Below are positions 28,201-43,200 of a DNA stretch of 64,000 nucleotides, piece by piece. The position numbers were made by a program, and so were the translations under genes. Numbering within the stretch: position 1 is the first letter of the stretch; the number at the start of each line of letters is the position of its first letter. The stretch is taken from assembly GCF_013076305.1 (NCBI RefSeq), contig NW_027019640.1, positions 4,874,378-4,938,377 on the forward strand, given 5' to 3'. The notes beneath the pieces were generated by a model. The model saw nothing but the letters and a program-made list of their open reading frames with translations. It searched no databases and was not told where the DNA came from. This DNA comes from Rhopilema esculentum (taxonomy: Eukaryota).

Positions 28201-31200
28201 CAATAGATTGAATACATGCTGAAAAGCATGTTGGAAAAGTATTGTTAATATGTGACAATTGGTTCTGCATTATTTAAGCTTGTTTCATGAATTTTTGCCA
28301 GAAGTGGTCCTTTGGCCCTTTTCAGAAAGAAGGTCAAGATCCCCACTTTGACAAATCTCAATTCTACAGCTCGAGAGCTATGCTGTCCTTTTCCAAGGAT
28401 ACATACAGAGTTCTATTTATTTGGTCGTTATGGGGTCACATTTCTAATTCTTTGAAGCACTCTTAGGATTTTATCTTTCCAATTGTTGCCAGGCCTGTAA
28501 CTCTTTTATTTGATTTGTTTAACTATTTTGCTGTTTAACTGTTTAACTTGATTTGTTTAACTGTTTAACTATTAGAGCTTTTTTGCACAATCATAATTTT
28601 ACGGCTAATATTCTTTTTTTTTTGAAACGTAATTTGCCACAATTTTGTTAACGTTTCCGTGTGTTAAAGTATTTTTGTGGCTGTTTCAGGCAAAGCTATA
28701 TAAGGATGTTTCTGGTGAAAAGAGTTCATGTCCTTGCTTTTTTGCGGATGCTGTTCCTGACAAGAGAAACATCCATGACTTAGTGAAACATCTTTTTGTT
28801 TCAATTTTGCCACATGTGGATAAACCAAGAGATATTCCAGAATCCTTCAAGTAAAACAGTTTATCTCCATTCATATAAACTATTACAAAGCATTTTTATC
28901 AGTTCTTTTTTATAAGTTTAGAAGTCTAAAACATTATGATAGTTAAATGTGTCCAAACATAATTGAAAAAAATCACATTTTCATGTTGATCATACGTAAT
29001 GGCATCCTGAAAAAGGAATAAGTTTCTGCTATAAACTTAAAGCTCTATGTGATCACTGTTTCAATTCAATTCAATAATAATGATAATAACCATGACGAAA
29101 AACACGACCCAACTGAAGCAGGGCTTGTCTAGTTTCAGCTACAATGCAACAAAACTAGATTACTAACAAAACAAAAAAGCATTTAAGATACAAAGCATCC
29201 TAATTCTTATGCGTTACCATCATTTGATTTATACGTTACCGAAATTTGTAGTTTTGAAATGCTGTATGGTTCAGAATAGATTTCACAAACGTTTCAAGTT
29301 TATTCTACGTTTGTTATTTGACATTTTGCGTTTTCGTAGCTACGTCACTTTCTGTTGGATTTTACTGTTTTCACACTTAGTTTTTATGTCGTATTGTTAT
29401 CAATGCTCATTGAATTGGCGATGAAGTAGTTTTGGAACTTTTTGGGAGCGTTGTTATGATCCACGTCATGTATTAATTTTTGAATTTTAAGCTTGCTAAT
29501 GCAGCTAACTTTTTTTAAATAAGATGCATCTATTTTTAAAATTTTCACAGGGTTTCTTTTTGTATAGCATTTAATGCCCTGTCAGTATGACTTTATATAG
29601 TACTTCACTTTCTTCCTTATGTGTGAGGCTTTTCTTGTTTCTATAACCTGCAAAAGCTACTTCTATTTTTGTTAGATAAATGTCTTTTGATGTCCAACTA
29701 TTGTGATTTCTTTGCTTCGTTTTAGAGACCTTCAGAGTGAGTTTTCTCTGTTGCTTGAAGATGCAAGCAGAATAGCTGAAACAGATGAATTGATGATTTT
29801 CATTGATGGCATCGATCTTGTTGAGACACCGGCAAAGGTATCGCTACTCGGCTGGTTGCCCGATCCCGTTCCAAAGGTATTTGTCTGGCAGCTCTAGAAG
29901 CTTTAACGCTGGATTCTATAAACATTGTTACAGCGCTGTCTGGCAGAATTAATGAGTTAAGCCAGTTAACTGTATTGAAACGAATTGAAATTTATCTAAC
30001 ACCCTTTTTCTTAAACGTTTCAGCTCCATCGACTACAAGCACTTCCTTAAGGCTTGGAACCCAATTACTTATTTAAAAAGATCGTTGTCGACACCCTGTT
30101 CCCCTCCATCCTTGAAAAAAGTATTGGTTTACTGAGAGAAAATGGTTTTTTAAACTGTTTTTATATTTACTGTAATTTTCATTATCTCTACACATGAAAC
30201 AGAGAGGATTCATTTTTGAAAAGAAAATGCTAATGAATGTGATTCGGAAAAAAATACAAAAACAGGCACTGTATGTATAACAAAAAAATTTGGGTCCGTG
30301 AAGACGGATTTGCCCTTTTTAAACGTTGGTAAATAAATCATTTGAAAAACCTTAATCTCGTAATGGTACGTAACCATCAGGCACCTCGAAAAATGCTGAA
30401 AGCTGTGTGCGTTACCTACCATCTTTAGTTCCACCATTGGTTAGTTCGGTTGTCTAACGAAAGCAATTACGGTCACTATGTTGCTTTAACCTCGTCTCGA
30501 CCCAGAGCTGGGTATCCAGTTTGCCATATTTGGTATAGTTTCTTACACTTTGAGAGGTGTTTGAGAGCGAATTTGCTTTCATTATCATCAGTATTTCGAT
30601 AAAACTCTTGAGTTCCTTTCTTTTTTTCTTTTTTTTCCTTATGTTTGCAACACCGAATTTGTAATTTCAGGGTATTTGCTTTGTCATTTCCTGTCATCAA
30701 GACGGACTCTGTGCACAAACACTACAGTCAAGGAAGAAAGGTGTTGAAACTCTTCGAATCGGGGCGCTGGATATGATGGAAAGGGTTGAATTCGTGAGGC
30801 GACTTTTGAAGAAGCACAGGAAGGAGCTTGATGAATCAGCCTTTAATAATCAGGTAAGGGAGCTTTTTTGGATTCCATTTTGTGACCTCTCCATTCTTGG
30901 ATGCGTTGTTTTCGATGCGTTGATCAGAAAATCGATTAGTAGACAATAGAAAGAGTACGGTACATTATTAGCAAGGCTTTAGGTAGAAGGGGCAAGGTAC
31001 ATTATTAGCAAGGGTATACCTTGATCTTTGTGCTATGAATGGCTAGAAGGGAATGGAAGTGCTGAAAAAAGAAAGGAAATGGGATGCAGTAATTTCTTGC
31101 TTTTTGTCGTTTGTCCTTAATATTTTCTTTGATATTTATCTTCACTGTTTAGAGTTATATCTAAACTTCAATCAATTTAATATTTTCCTGATTATTTATG

Positions 31201-34200
31201 AAATCTTTACTTTATAAAATCTGCAAGAATAAAGTTGTTTTATTCAGATGAAAATGTTGGTATCAAAGCGTGAAGCAAATCTGCCAATTTTTCTCAAACT
31301 TGCCTGCGAAGAACTTCGATTCTTTGGAGTTTATGAGATGGTAAGACTGATCTTTCATTTTTGTTTTTTTTTATTGTCTGTAGGACTGTACAGTTCTTAC
31401 TTACCACCCCAAGCTTCTTGCTTGACGCTTTTATCTGCCTAACTGCCTAATAAGCTAACTGTCTAACTAAGTCAGCGTGTACTGCTCTGTCTGAATGACA
31501 TGATGCACTCAGCAACAGACTAGAGAATTGTAATCTTATCAGTAGTCCTATATTTTGGTAGCTTCGTGTTTCTTTTCCTAGCAGCAATTGTCTGACACCT
31601 CATTTTTTCCATGGAATTAATTCTTATAATATAATCTTAATTGCTTTTAATCGGTGATTTTTGAGTTTTTGGTATGTAATATTCGCAAACAGCACACTCA
31701 AATAACCTAGACTTTTGCTACAAAAACCCAACTGAAGGAATGTGATAATTGTGCGGAGATACCTATTCAAATTCTCAAATAAGTCTTACTTGTAACTTCT
31801 TGCTTATTTCTGCAATGGTTGGTCTACATTTCTTTCAATTCTTTTATTGTATTTTAAGGTTTCCGACCATTTGCGGACATTGGCCCAAACAGTGCCTATG
31901 CTCCTCCAGAGTATCAGTAACAGGCTGGAAAGTGACCATGGGAAAGACCTAGTATCGTGGTCGCTGATGGTGTTATTCGTCAGCAGACAAAGTATTTATC
32001 ATCTGCTTCTGTAATCTTAAAATTATATATTAAAGCCCAAAATGGTGGTGAAGGGAGTGGGTATGGTCCTTGTGTATGGATATGGGCCTGTCACAAAGAT
32101 ATTTTCAAGCAATGACTTTGGGGGCCAATTTGTTATCCGACTCATGCTTATAACGATATCAGGCAGAAAAGCAACAATGTCAAACTCACGGTCGTTTATC
32201 GACCCAGGCCATGTTTAAAAAAAATCACTTATCCTTTTTCATATCTCTGATATCCATCAATGTATCATAAATTTTGAGAAGATGAGTTCTATAGGAAACA
32301 GGAGTTGAAATTTTATAGAAGAATTTCATTACTAAGCTTTTAAACTTTTACCTGAATTTCGTAGAAAATATTCCTGGAAACACCTACAACTTGACAATAT
32401 TTTAGCTCCGGTAATATTTCAAATATCGTTTTCGTGCTGATGGTACCCGTATGTAATTTGATAATCCTGAGGTTCTTGCATGTTACCTGAATCATATGGT
32501 TTTCTAGCTCTATCTGAAGACGAGCTGTTTGACATAATATGCTGTTTGGAGCACTGCAAAAAAGTATCCATTAAGGAGATGAATGCTTCTTCTCTTTTGA
32601 ACACAAACATTTCGGCAACAGAAGGAATTTCGAGGATAGAATTCACGATGCTTGCCAGATCTCTTAAAGGCTTCATTCAGCAGTCAGACGAGCAAAGGTT
32701 GATATTTGTGTCTTTATTTTTGTTTGTGATTTATTCATACTTTTCTCTGCTATTATGTGCCCGTGCTTCAACCCAATCCCCTCCTCTATTTTCTTACTTC
32801 TTTAACTTAAAATTGTTTTGCTTGTAGCTATACTTCTTAGATATGCTTTATCTATTTCATTCTTATGACGATTTGAAACCAGTCACTCCAACGTTTTGCC
32901 ATTTTAATAGATCATCCTACGTTCAATGAATTTGAAATAACCTTTATTCTTAAAAGAGTTCAAACCTAATTTTGCCTTTGTTAAAAAACGTTTTTCTGAC
33001 AGTTTACAGCTGACGTTTTCCGATGTCCGCAATCTTGTTAAGCAGAAGTACATTCGCTCCTCCGCCTCCGACATGTCAGTTCGCATACATAGAGTACTTG
33101 CAGGTATGAATTCAAGTGCACGTATTGTTGTTAATCGTAAGATTTCCACCGTTCATTGCTTTTTTTACTGTATCATGACCATGTAAGCTCATGTGACATG
33201 GCCATATAAGCTCATTTTTGTGGACACAAACTCGTGACCCTGGCAAAAGTTACTTTGATACTTACTCTGGATAAAGCGAGGCTCAGGTGATGGAGCAAAC
33301 CTTGTTGTTGGTAATTCTAAACGACCAGATGCGGTCGCAGAGAGCACTGTTTGATAGACCTTGCCAACTGTCCTAGGAATCTTCACTAAATTTTGCACAT
33401 TGTCAAAGGCCTCCCCCTCCCCCTCTCCCCACCGGGGGTATATGTTAAATGCTGAACATTTAAGAAAATGCAAAGCTGACAACAAACATTTTGTGGAGCA
33501 AATTTAAAAAAAGGATTTCCCACAACTGCCAATCTCACAAGAGGGGCATTTTTCGAAGGGGACGCTAAATTGAAAAAAGGGGGAAATTAACAAGCACATA
33601 AGTTGTTAGTTTTTCTTAATAGTTACTCTAAATAACCCCTTTTATGTAGTGCGAGATTTAGAGTAACTCTGACATATTGTTGCCCTTTCCTCAGATCTCT
33701 ATTGTTTTATTGCGAATTTTGATTGGCTTAAAACCTTTTCCCTTCTTTCTAATGTGGCTCTTTTTGTACCCTTTTATTCTTGTATATAATTAACCCTTAT
33801 TTATTCTCAGCATCCTGTTTTGTTTATCTGTAAACGAATATTTCTCATTCTAGCTTATTACAAACGAAGGTCATTCGATAGCACTTGGAGGCAGGGTGAT
33901 TCCAAGGCTTTGTCTGAAGTTATCCATCACATGGTAGGCTGCACTATCTCCATAATTAAATTTTTATGCATAAATATGTTCTTATTTTTACTATTTTTTT
34001 AAATAATTGTAGCATTTTGTTGTTTGCGTTTACATAACCTCTCTTTATTCTATGTAAGCCCGCATCAATTGCTCTCTAGATATTTCAGACACAAAATTGC
34101 TGTATCCGTGCGTTTTAAAATTTTGTTGGATCTGACACGGCACTGTGCACGCTTAAGTATAGAACAAGACGGTCCTAAGTTAAAACTCCGATAATCGTCC

Positions 34201-37200
34201 AGCAGCTATACTTCATGTCGTATTACCTGGAGTAAACCACCTTTTTGTTATTACCACTCCACTTCGGATGAACGGTTGATAATGTAAAAAATACCTACTT
34301 TTTATAAACAATGTATTTCGCTGGAACAACTAATCCAACCTTCCTTTCCTCAGTCATTCTTGAAAACAAAGTGTTTTTTCTAATTCCTTGAAATGGTGCT
34401 GGTATTGTTTAAAATGTTTTGTTTGTAAAAAGTGCCCCGCTTTACAGACCCTTATAAAAGCATGAAATTTCTAAAGAACGCCACGGGTCTTTTTGAAGTA
34501 ATACGGTACGTGGTTGTTGAAAATGGCATTTCTTAGAGTTTGATTGAGTGATATAAAATTGTAACATCCTTTTTGTTTACTTCTGCAAATTCTACCTTAG
34601 GCTGCTGGAGGACTTTGGCAGGATCTGGAAGACACATTATGTTCATTGTCGTTTATCTATGCAAAGTTTCAAGCTGGGCTGGGGAACCAGCTTCTTGAGG
34701 ACTTTTTGGCTAATGGTACGTCACTTTCTAACTCATTATGGAATTTTGACCATGAAACTCATACCCTGTTTTATCGACAATTTACAAGCCACATTTCCAA
34801 TTAAAAACAGATTGAAAAAATCTAGTAGCAGCTCTATGTCATAGATTTGATTGTAGAATTCTGTTATTTTATTAGTTGATGATCTGTCACCTCAGCTAAA
34901 CCGACAACGTCAGAGCTTCATTGAAAACCCCAGAGTAAAGGTTTGCTAATTACTGTTTATCATCTATTCTTTAAAAAGGTTCATCCTACAAAGAATTTTT
35001 ATTATTAGCACTGCCAGAAGAAAGACATACATATAAACATGCATTCACAAAATATTTGCTTAAACAGTATTTGCGTTATTGTAAGTTGTTTAGTTACAAT
35101 TTTTGTATTTGATACCAATAACGATGATGTTTGTCTATCTAAACCTTTTTTAGAATTATCAAGCATTTGTTGGTAGGAACATGCATATACTGAACCGGTA
35201 AGTAGACCGTACTTATTTTTTGAATACCTTTGTATCATATATGAATATGAATACGAATATGAATTATTTTTATGGCTGAATTTATAACCGTAAAGCCCAA
35301 AAATATTGTCCTCCAGTTTTAAAGTAAGTTTTGATTCACATTTGTGTGATCTGTTTCCATCTTATCTGTTGAATTTCCAATGCTCCATCTAGCTTTTGAG
35401 TTTAATTATTTTAGGTATCCAGTTCTTGTGGTTCAACAAGCGTTGAACGATTCTGCATCTGAGCAGCTAAACCAGGATGCTGTGCAGTACTCAAAGGAGC
35501 AAAATGTTTTCCAATGGCTGAACAAACCAGCCAAACCAACACCTTTGAAGCGAACAATGAATTTCAACGAGGTATGCACATAAGATCCTATTTTAGTTTC
35601 GTAGCATGGTAAGTAATAGGGATAAGTTTTATTGTGTCTCTCCGTGAGTATCCATGGTCATGGCAAATAAAATCAGTAACGATACATCAACAACAGAATA
35701 CCCAACGATATATCAAGTTTTTCCTTTAGTACACAACCTCAGAATTAACGCGAACCTTACTAAATTCATCCGAAAACTAGACTTTGTTTGCTAAGAGCCC
35801 TGCTTTGTAGTTCAGCCGTTTTTTACGAGTTGTTAGAGCTTCCGTTGGAGCTTTGGCATCTTTGTTAAAATTTGTCACTTTCTTTTAGGCCGTCCTCTCA
35901 ACGGATATATCACCGGATGGCAGCACACTTGTGTGTGGCACAACAGATGGGACAGTTCATATGTTTGACATCGCCACTGGAAATGTATTTTTGCTTATTA
36001 TATACTATTATTTGTGCAATCTTAATATGAACAAATTTAGATATTGTGAACATATATACCTGTGAAAGGTCGGGTCCATTGGTTGAGGCTGTTACTTGCA
36101 GGAAAGAATTTTTGGACCAGATTATTACTTGGAGTCTTATCCTAAAAGGTTGCTTGTTTTGAAGAGATATCTACAATGATTTTTGGCGTTATGTAATGAT
36201 CTGTGGCCAACCTAGCTAGCATTCTTAAACTGAAGTCGGCCAGTTATAATATAGTCTACTCACGTTTTTCTTTCAAGTTTGTGCAAAGTTGTGCTCCTTC
36301 CAGTATGATCAAATACTTTTAAAAGCTCTAGTCAGATACTACATCTGAAGTTGTGAAGGAAAAAACCTCCCATTAAAGCTTGCTTTCTTAACTTTCGAAA
36401 CCACTGCAACACTTGTAACATCTGTTGAACTTCAGCCTGTTCTTGTTGTTGAATTTTTAGGACATTGGAAGATTCATAGGGCACGCAGACAGCATAACGT
36501 CATGCTGCTTCGTTGGACCGAAAAGGCTCGTGAGTGCGTCAATGGATTGCACGTTGTCTGTATGGAATGTATCAGGAGGACACAGGTGAGGTGCTCAAGT
36601 GACGTCACATGCATGGTATTGTTTATGTTTACATCCCAATGCCTAAGGTAAAATGGGTAACGATGCCCAATTTTTATGAGAGACCCGATAAGAGAGCATA
36701 TTTACTGTTCGTTGTGGAGAGGTGTTACTTCAAGTCAGCTCGAAGGTTGCTTCGACAAGAGATATTCTCTAAGGATCTGGTTTTTGGGAGTGCTCTCCCT
36801 CTCTCTCTAATTAACTCATCAGGCCTGCTCATCTTGATTTACTTTCTGCCATCTTTTATTTCATATCCACCCCTAAACACAGAAAAGTTTTTCTCTGTGC
36901 AATATTTAACAGTATGACATTCGAGAGAGTCTAAAACTATTTTATGGTGTCAATATTCTTATTAAATGTTTGTCTTATTGTTTAGAGTTCAGCGCTTGTT
37001 GGGCCACAGACGACCAGTTACGTGCTGTGTACCTGTACCCACAAAACAGCAAATCATCTCTGTTTCATTTGACTGTCAAGCTATAGTCTGGAATATACAG
37101 GACGGAAAAAAGGTCCTGGATTTCAAATCTGGAACGTATGTAGATTTTCTCTTGTATTTTCTTTCGAAGCCATAGAGTCCAGGGCCGTTGCTACTATTGT

Positions 37201-40200
37201 TTATGAAATTCATTTAAGTCCTTCATTTCTAATGAACTATTCCTTGCATTCTTATTCTACTCAAGCAAAGGTGCCCCAATAATTCGGCCCTTATTACGGG
37301 ACTGAAATCTAATACTTTCCTCCGCTGACCCCAAGAATCTCTCCCAAAATACAGTAGCTTTAATTATCTAACATAATGTAAGCTGATTTGTTTTATTTGT
37401 CAAAGCATCTAGAACGAATTCTCGCTGTGATTAAACTTATTCAGTAAGGGTCTCGTCATCTTTTACAGCCGACCGTACAACAGCGTTGCATGTGATCCAG
37501 CGGGTCGTCTTGTCGCTCTCGGTGGCTGGGATTGCGTCATAAAGCTCTGGGATTTGTTGACCAACAAACGACAAGGGGTATGAGAACCTTTGCAGCTTTG
37601 TTGGGTTTGTCAGATATCATATCATATCATATCATATCATATCATATCATATCATATCATATCATATCATATCATATCATATCATATCATATCATATCAT
37701 ATCATAGCATATCATATCATATCATATCATAAATGTGACTTCTATTTCAAAAGAGTATTTTTAATCTTTAATAATAGAGTTTTGCCACTTTGTTCCCTGC
37801 AAGTTCATAGTAAGTTCTAGTAAGTTCACCTGTCCTAGTAAGTTCATATTGAAAGCATTTTACTGACTACAGCAAGGTGTAACCTAGTTCGTATCGTTGT
37901 TTAATTCTACAGCTGTTGAAAGGCCACGAGAGCTCTGTCCGTGCAGTTACGTTTTCTCCATCTGGAAAGCATCTAATTTCATCTGCTCTACTGGGAGAGG
38001 TTTTCCTTTGGGCAGTGACGTCTGGGACAAGGGTATGCAATCTTTTTTTTTTTTAAAGGAGGTGATACACAGTTCTTCTCTGTACTCACCTCAAAATTAC
38101 TTTTAGTGGTTTTAAAGATAATTTATGAAATAGGTATGTTATTAACAGGCATTGTATACTATGATTAATATTCTCGGCAAGAATTTATTAAGGATTAATA
38201 ATTGTTAACAAAATCTTACTGAAACTGAAATAGTTTACTCATAGATTAGACCAGTCAGATATAATTAAGAGCCAGTCCCATTGCAAACCTTGGCTCAGTA
38301 ATCGAAATTTTACACGTTTTTGAAATAACACTCCTCCTGCGCGTCGGTGCGCATTACAAATTTCCATTCAACATATATGTTGATGCTGAAACGGTTAACT
38401 ATGATTTGGTGTTATTGATTAATGAATTTACATATTTTTGGAACGTCAAAAACGAGCATCCAATCAAATATATCCGGCTTGCTCTCGCGCTACTTTCAAT
38501 CCGCATCAGGATATAAATTTTTGCTCCCTTTAAGTTGTTATCCGATGTTTATACTCTGAAGAGTGGAAGACGAAATGTACTCAAGTATGTCGTGTTTCTG
38601 TTCCTCCATGCTGTCTTCGTGGCACCAATGGTTTATTTGCATAAACTGATCCGTTTTGAAGAAGTGAACGACTAATGTCTATTGAGGACGGTATCTCTTA
38701 ACTGCAGAAGGTATATAAGTTTCTATAGGTTTTACCATAAAATATAGAATGAGAATCGGATTACAGCTCCGCGAAGGAAGGCAGCCCAGGCCTATTGAAA
38801 ACTTTTTAATACATTGGTCGGTTTAACTACATATTCGGTTGACTTTTGCTTGTATCAAATAAATCTATATTGATTTACATTCAATTTGGTTTCAAGTAGA
38901 CACATAATGTATTGATATTTTCATATTTAATGGCTCTTCTTTGATTGACGTTAGGTAGGGAAATTCTCCATCGGCTCATTGGCAATCAATAGCATTTGCT
39001 ATACTGCAACTGGTTTACAGATGATTGGAGCTTGCGCGGACAGCTCAGTCAAGGTTTGTGTTAAAGAGCAGTTTTTTGCCTGGGCAATTTCTGTAAGTAT
39101 GTTTTTCGATCAAAAACTAGCTTTGCATAGGTTTCATCCAACATAGTTAGGCTGGTACCAAATAGTAGTTGTATATGTAGTTGGACTACGCTGGCGATAG
39201 GTTATGATTGCAGTAGCTCCTTACGCAATGGTGGAACACGCTCATGCCCAGCCCAGCCTATACGGCGTGGGGTAGCATTCGATATACCGGTTAACTGTAA
39301 TCGTCATTATATTAATTGCTCATTAAAGGACTGATTATTCTATTTAAATAGAAGTTTGATGAATGGAATATAATTCCCTTTTAGGTATGGTCTGGTTCAT
39401 TAGGTCAACCATGTGGCACATATAGCGAAGCAGCTGGTGCCGAAGATGACTGGGCTTTGGCTGTTGTCATTGATGCCATTGGCATGTACATCCACGTTGG
39501 TTACAATTCTGGTAAACTCGCATCATTTCGATACAGCGATGGAAGCGTACTGAGGGAATACAATCTCCACAAGTCGTCGATTCGAAGTCTGTGTGTGTCT
39601 CAAAATAGTGAATACCTCGTTTCTGCATCTGATGATCGTACAGCGAAAGTGAGTAGCATTGCCTGCATATGTTTGGAGAATGTGATTTTCTGATTCATTT
39701 CAATCAACCGAAAATAACAGCATTTTTTAGTAGCTACTTACATTTACTTGTAAGAGTCTTTGATAATAGTAGTACTAGTTTATCAGCAGTTTGCGAATGA
39801 ACGTGTACATGACAAACAAGTGAATAGATCAATTAAGATAAGATGGATATGTTACGAGGATTACGAAAGATATTTGCAAACCTAACACAAGATTGCTAAT
39901 GTTATCAATTCTAGCTAAATCATGAGCTTGGCATCAAGTAGAATGAAAATTCGCCACTACAGTACAGCTACTCTAAAGTCTTAGGGGAGGAATGGGAAGG
40001 GATTTTTATCTGCAAACAAACTATCGATGTGTGACCTTAACATTTCAGTACAGACTGTTTATACTGACATAGCTTCACGTGCAAGAACAGCTTGAAATCA
40101 CCATCACGCTTGCATACACAACTCTATTGTAATCTTCTTAAAGACTCTTTTTTTTCTTTCTCCTGGGATTAAATAAATTCAGTAAAAATCAAAATTAGTT

Positions 40201-43200
40201 GCGCATAAAGCAGAAGCAGAATGGGTAAAGTAAAAAAAGAATCTTCAGTTAACATCCGAATCAGGATTTGAATTTTTAACACTCCGAGTTAGAATAAGAA
40301 TCGTTAATGTCCGAGTTAGGACTTAATCTTCCCACAGGTTATACCTAATCATATTTCCATTAAGGCGATACTCTTTACAAAAACCGGTCTCATATTTTGT
40401 TTCTGACTGGTTTCAAAAGTTCAGTTTCTCTCAATTGTAAATATGGAATGTGTGACTTATTCTAATAAACACAAAAGTTGATTCAGTGTATTTAAATCGG
40501 GTTTATTTTTATATCACCAGATTGTGAAACTCAAGGATTCCAGTATAACCACCTTGGAAGGCCACACGGAAGGAGTCCGTTGCGTGAGAATGACTGCTTC
40601 TCAGGTTGCCACAGGCTCAGAAGATTACACCATAATGCTCTGGGACATCCTATTTTTGGAAGAGAACTCAAAGTGTGTAGCTGCTTTTAAAGACTATTTT
40701 TAGATCCATGTGTTTTGTAAAAGTGCATTTCAAATTCAGGTCAAAAATTTCAAATACATAAAAGCCCTGATCGTGGTTATATTTTTTGTTATTGCAGTCC
40801 CAAACCGTCAGCAACCCTGCGTCATCATACTGGCTACGTCACGTGTTGTGACTTCTCACCTTGTGAAACGAAATTGGTTTCAGGCTCAACTGATAAGGTA
40901 TTTTTTTTTATTTCAGCAGGCTTCTAAAGACATTTTAAGTACATTGGTATTTACAAAAATAGAATAACTTTTTCCATGCAAAGTTTTGCTGGTGTTACTT
41001 TCTAAAAATGCTTCTTTGGATGGGCTGTGTCCTCTAGTTAATTTGATGTCTCAACCACAGAATGTTTCAAGACTTATTCTGTTCTTTTTCTCATTACCAA
41101 AATTTTCAATAATCCTGAACTCTTCGAAAACTCTTGGAAGAGAAAGCGGTACATGTTTCGAGAAAACCATGCTCTACCTTCTTAGACATCTCTTCGAGAG
41201 GGTCAGCTCTTGAGAATGTAGGGAAAACTTGCAAAGTGGGTTTGGAAGGCAATTAGAGCACTCATTTGCAAACTATGGAATAGCCTTTCAGCTGAATCTA
41301 GGACGACATCCTCCTCTAGTTTTAATATCTGTTTGGGTTTCAGCTTTTAGTTCTATTGTAATTAATGTATAATTGTGGATAGGTTTCTTTATTATGTTCT
41401 TTTAAATCCAAGTTTTTTCATTTTAAACAGTAATTGAGTTTTTATTGGAGGCTAACCCTCCTTAAAAAACTGAAATATGAAGCAACATATATCAAATACG
41501 TAAAGCTATTTTGAAAGCCATTGATGGAGAAATTAGAGTCTCAGGGAACCCTGTGATAAGAGTTTATATGCCTTGTTATTGTGAGCGTAGAAACCTTTTG
41601 CTATTCAAAGTTTGTATTCTTTGATTTCCTGGCGGTTACGTCAATTTTTCCCCAGTCTATTGTCATATGGGATGTTGTGAACAAAGCACCACTTCATGTG
41701 CTGAACGAGTGTCATCGCGATTGGGTAAATGCATGTGCTTGGTCAGATGTTGGAGATTTCGTGGTAAGATTGTTTCTAATGACTCTTCCTCTACAACTTA
41801 GATTGCCTACCTTATTAGCTATCTTCCTTTTCCTCGTAATCCAAGTTTAAGGTTTTCCATTTGTTTGAATGCCCAATCGTGTTCTCACGTATAGTATCTA
41901 GTATCAACTAAACTTGCTAGGGTGGCGGATGAAGTTTAACCCCAAGGTTAGGAATCTTTAGCCATCTGTATCATCTCATTCAAAGGCTCTAGCGTTTCTT
42001 CTACGGGTTGAGAGTCCTTGCTCTGAGATTCAAATGTTGCAGCTGGCACAAGTGCTGCTGGAATATATAGGCCAGCAAGTACTAGAGATACTTGGCAACA
42101 GCCTGTTGTATTAGAGACATCATGCTGTTACTAAGGACATGTGACTTTCGTTCAACCTCGGATTGTATATGGAACTCCTTTGCTTCTTGATGTACGTTAA
42201 ATTAATAACTCGCAATTGAATCTTGAAAGGCTGAAATACTTGTCCAAGTTAGGCCTTTTCTTTGTTTATAAGTCTTGAGATTTGAAGCAAGATTTCCCTT
42301 TGAATGAGCTTCAAGTAAGCTTAGAACATCAGTCCAATGTGATGGGGGACAGATTTTTAGTAATGCTAAATCATATATGCTAAATCATCTATTTGATGTT
42401 TTCTCAATAAATGTTCTTTGATATATATCATACCAGCTTGAATCAGTTATTCTCATGCTATTTGCAGGTAACAGGCTCAAATGACTTTACTTTGAAATTA
42501 TGGGATGCCAAAACAGGAACACAAAAATATGAGTTTCTTGGGAACACAAGTGCTGTCAATGATGTTGCATATAAGGTATTTAAATTCTTTTGTTTTGCCC
42601 TTTCCTCGCGTAAATATATTGTTTTTGTTTCTGTACCATCTTCTTCTTCCTCTTTTGCGTACTTTTCTAAGCCTTTTTTGTCCGCTCTTTCTTGCTTGTA
42701 TTGTTTCCATCGTTTTTTGTTCTTTGGCCCCTCTTTTTGTGGCCTCTTTCATTTAATCTTTTTCTCATTTTCCCCGTCGTATTGACTTGTTTACATTTTC
42801 ACATTCGCCATAGCCTATTCTTATATCTTTCCCGCTTGCAATCCATCCACTTTTTGCTTTTCTATTTCATTTGTATCTCCATGTTTTCCTCATCCTTTTC
42901 TTACTCCCTTTCGTCTTTTTTTCTAAAAGTCAATATTTTTCACTCTCCGATCCAAAATACCTCATGGCTGCTATTCCTCTCAAAATTCCTTCTAACGCCC
43001 AACAAGAATTTTCGGTTGATCTTAAAAAATCTCCACATATTGGGAGGGGGGGGCCCTTAAAAAATTACGGACCCTCTCCTTCTCAACCAACAGATTTTTA
43101 TAGTTCAGCTCAATATCATAAAACAAGGAAACTTCCTATACTTTAACATCCTTTGTAGTAATCCAGCATTGTTAAAAGGAGTAAAGTAGGATGATTGAAT

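Noticed and set aside
28505-28580. Short tandem (ctgtttaact)n-like repeats
   Set aside because: Only 5-6 imperfect copies in a TEP1 intron. Too small to interpret beyond a simple repeat.
24400-30853. Interpretation of the DUF4062-NACHT segment as a prokaryotic-type NLR/antiphage defence gene
   Set aside because: The domains are split across many GT-AG exons and embedded between TROVE and WD40 regions that align residue-by-residue with metazoan TEP1. This is a eukaryotic gene, not a bacterial defence island.
42411-43146. Several overlapping 80-124 aa ORFs rich in F/L/S/P
   Set aside because: Apart from the genuine WD exon at 42468-42575, they translate CT-rich low-complexity intron sequence (ttcttcttcctcttttgcg..). 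The frames overlap one another, which is typical of simple sequence.
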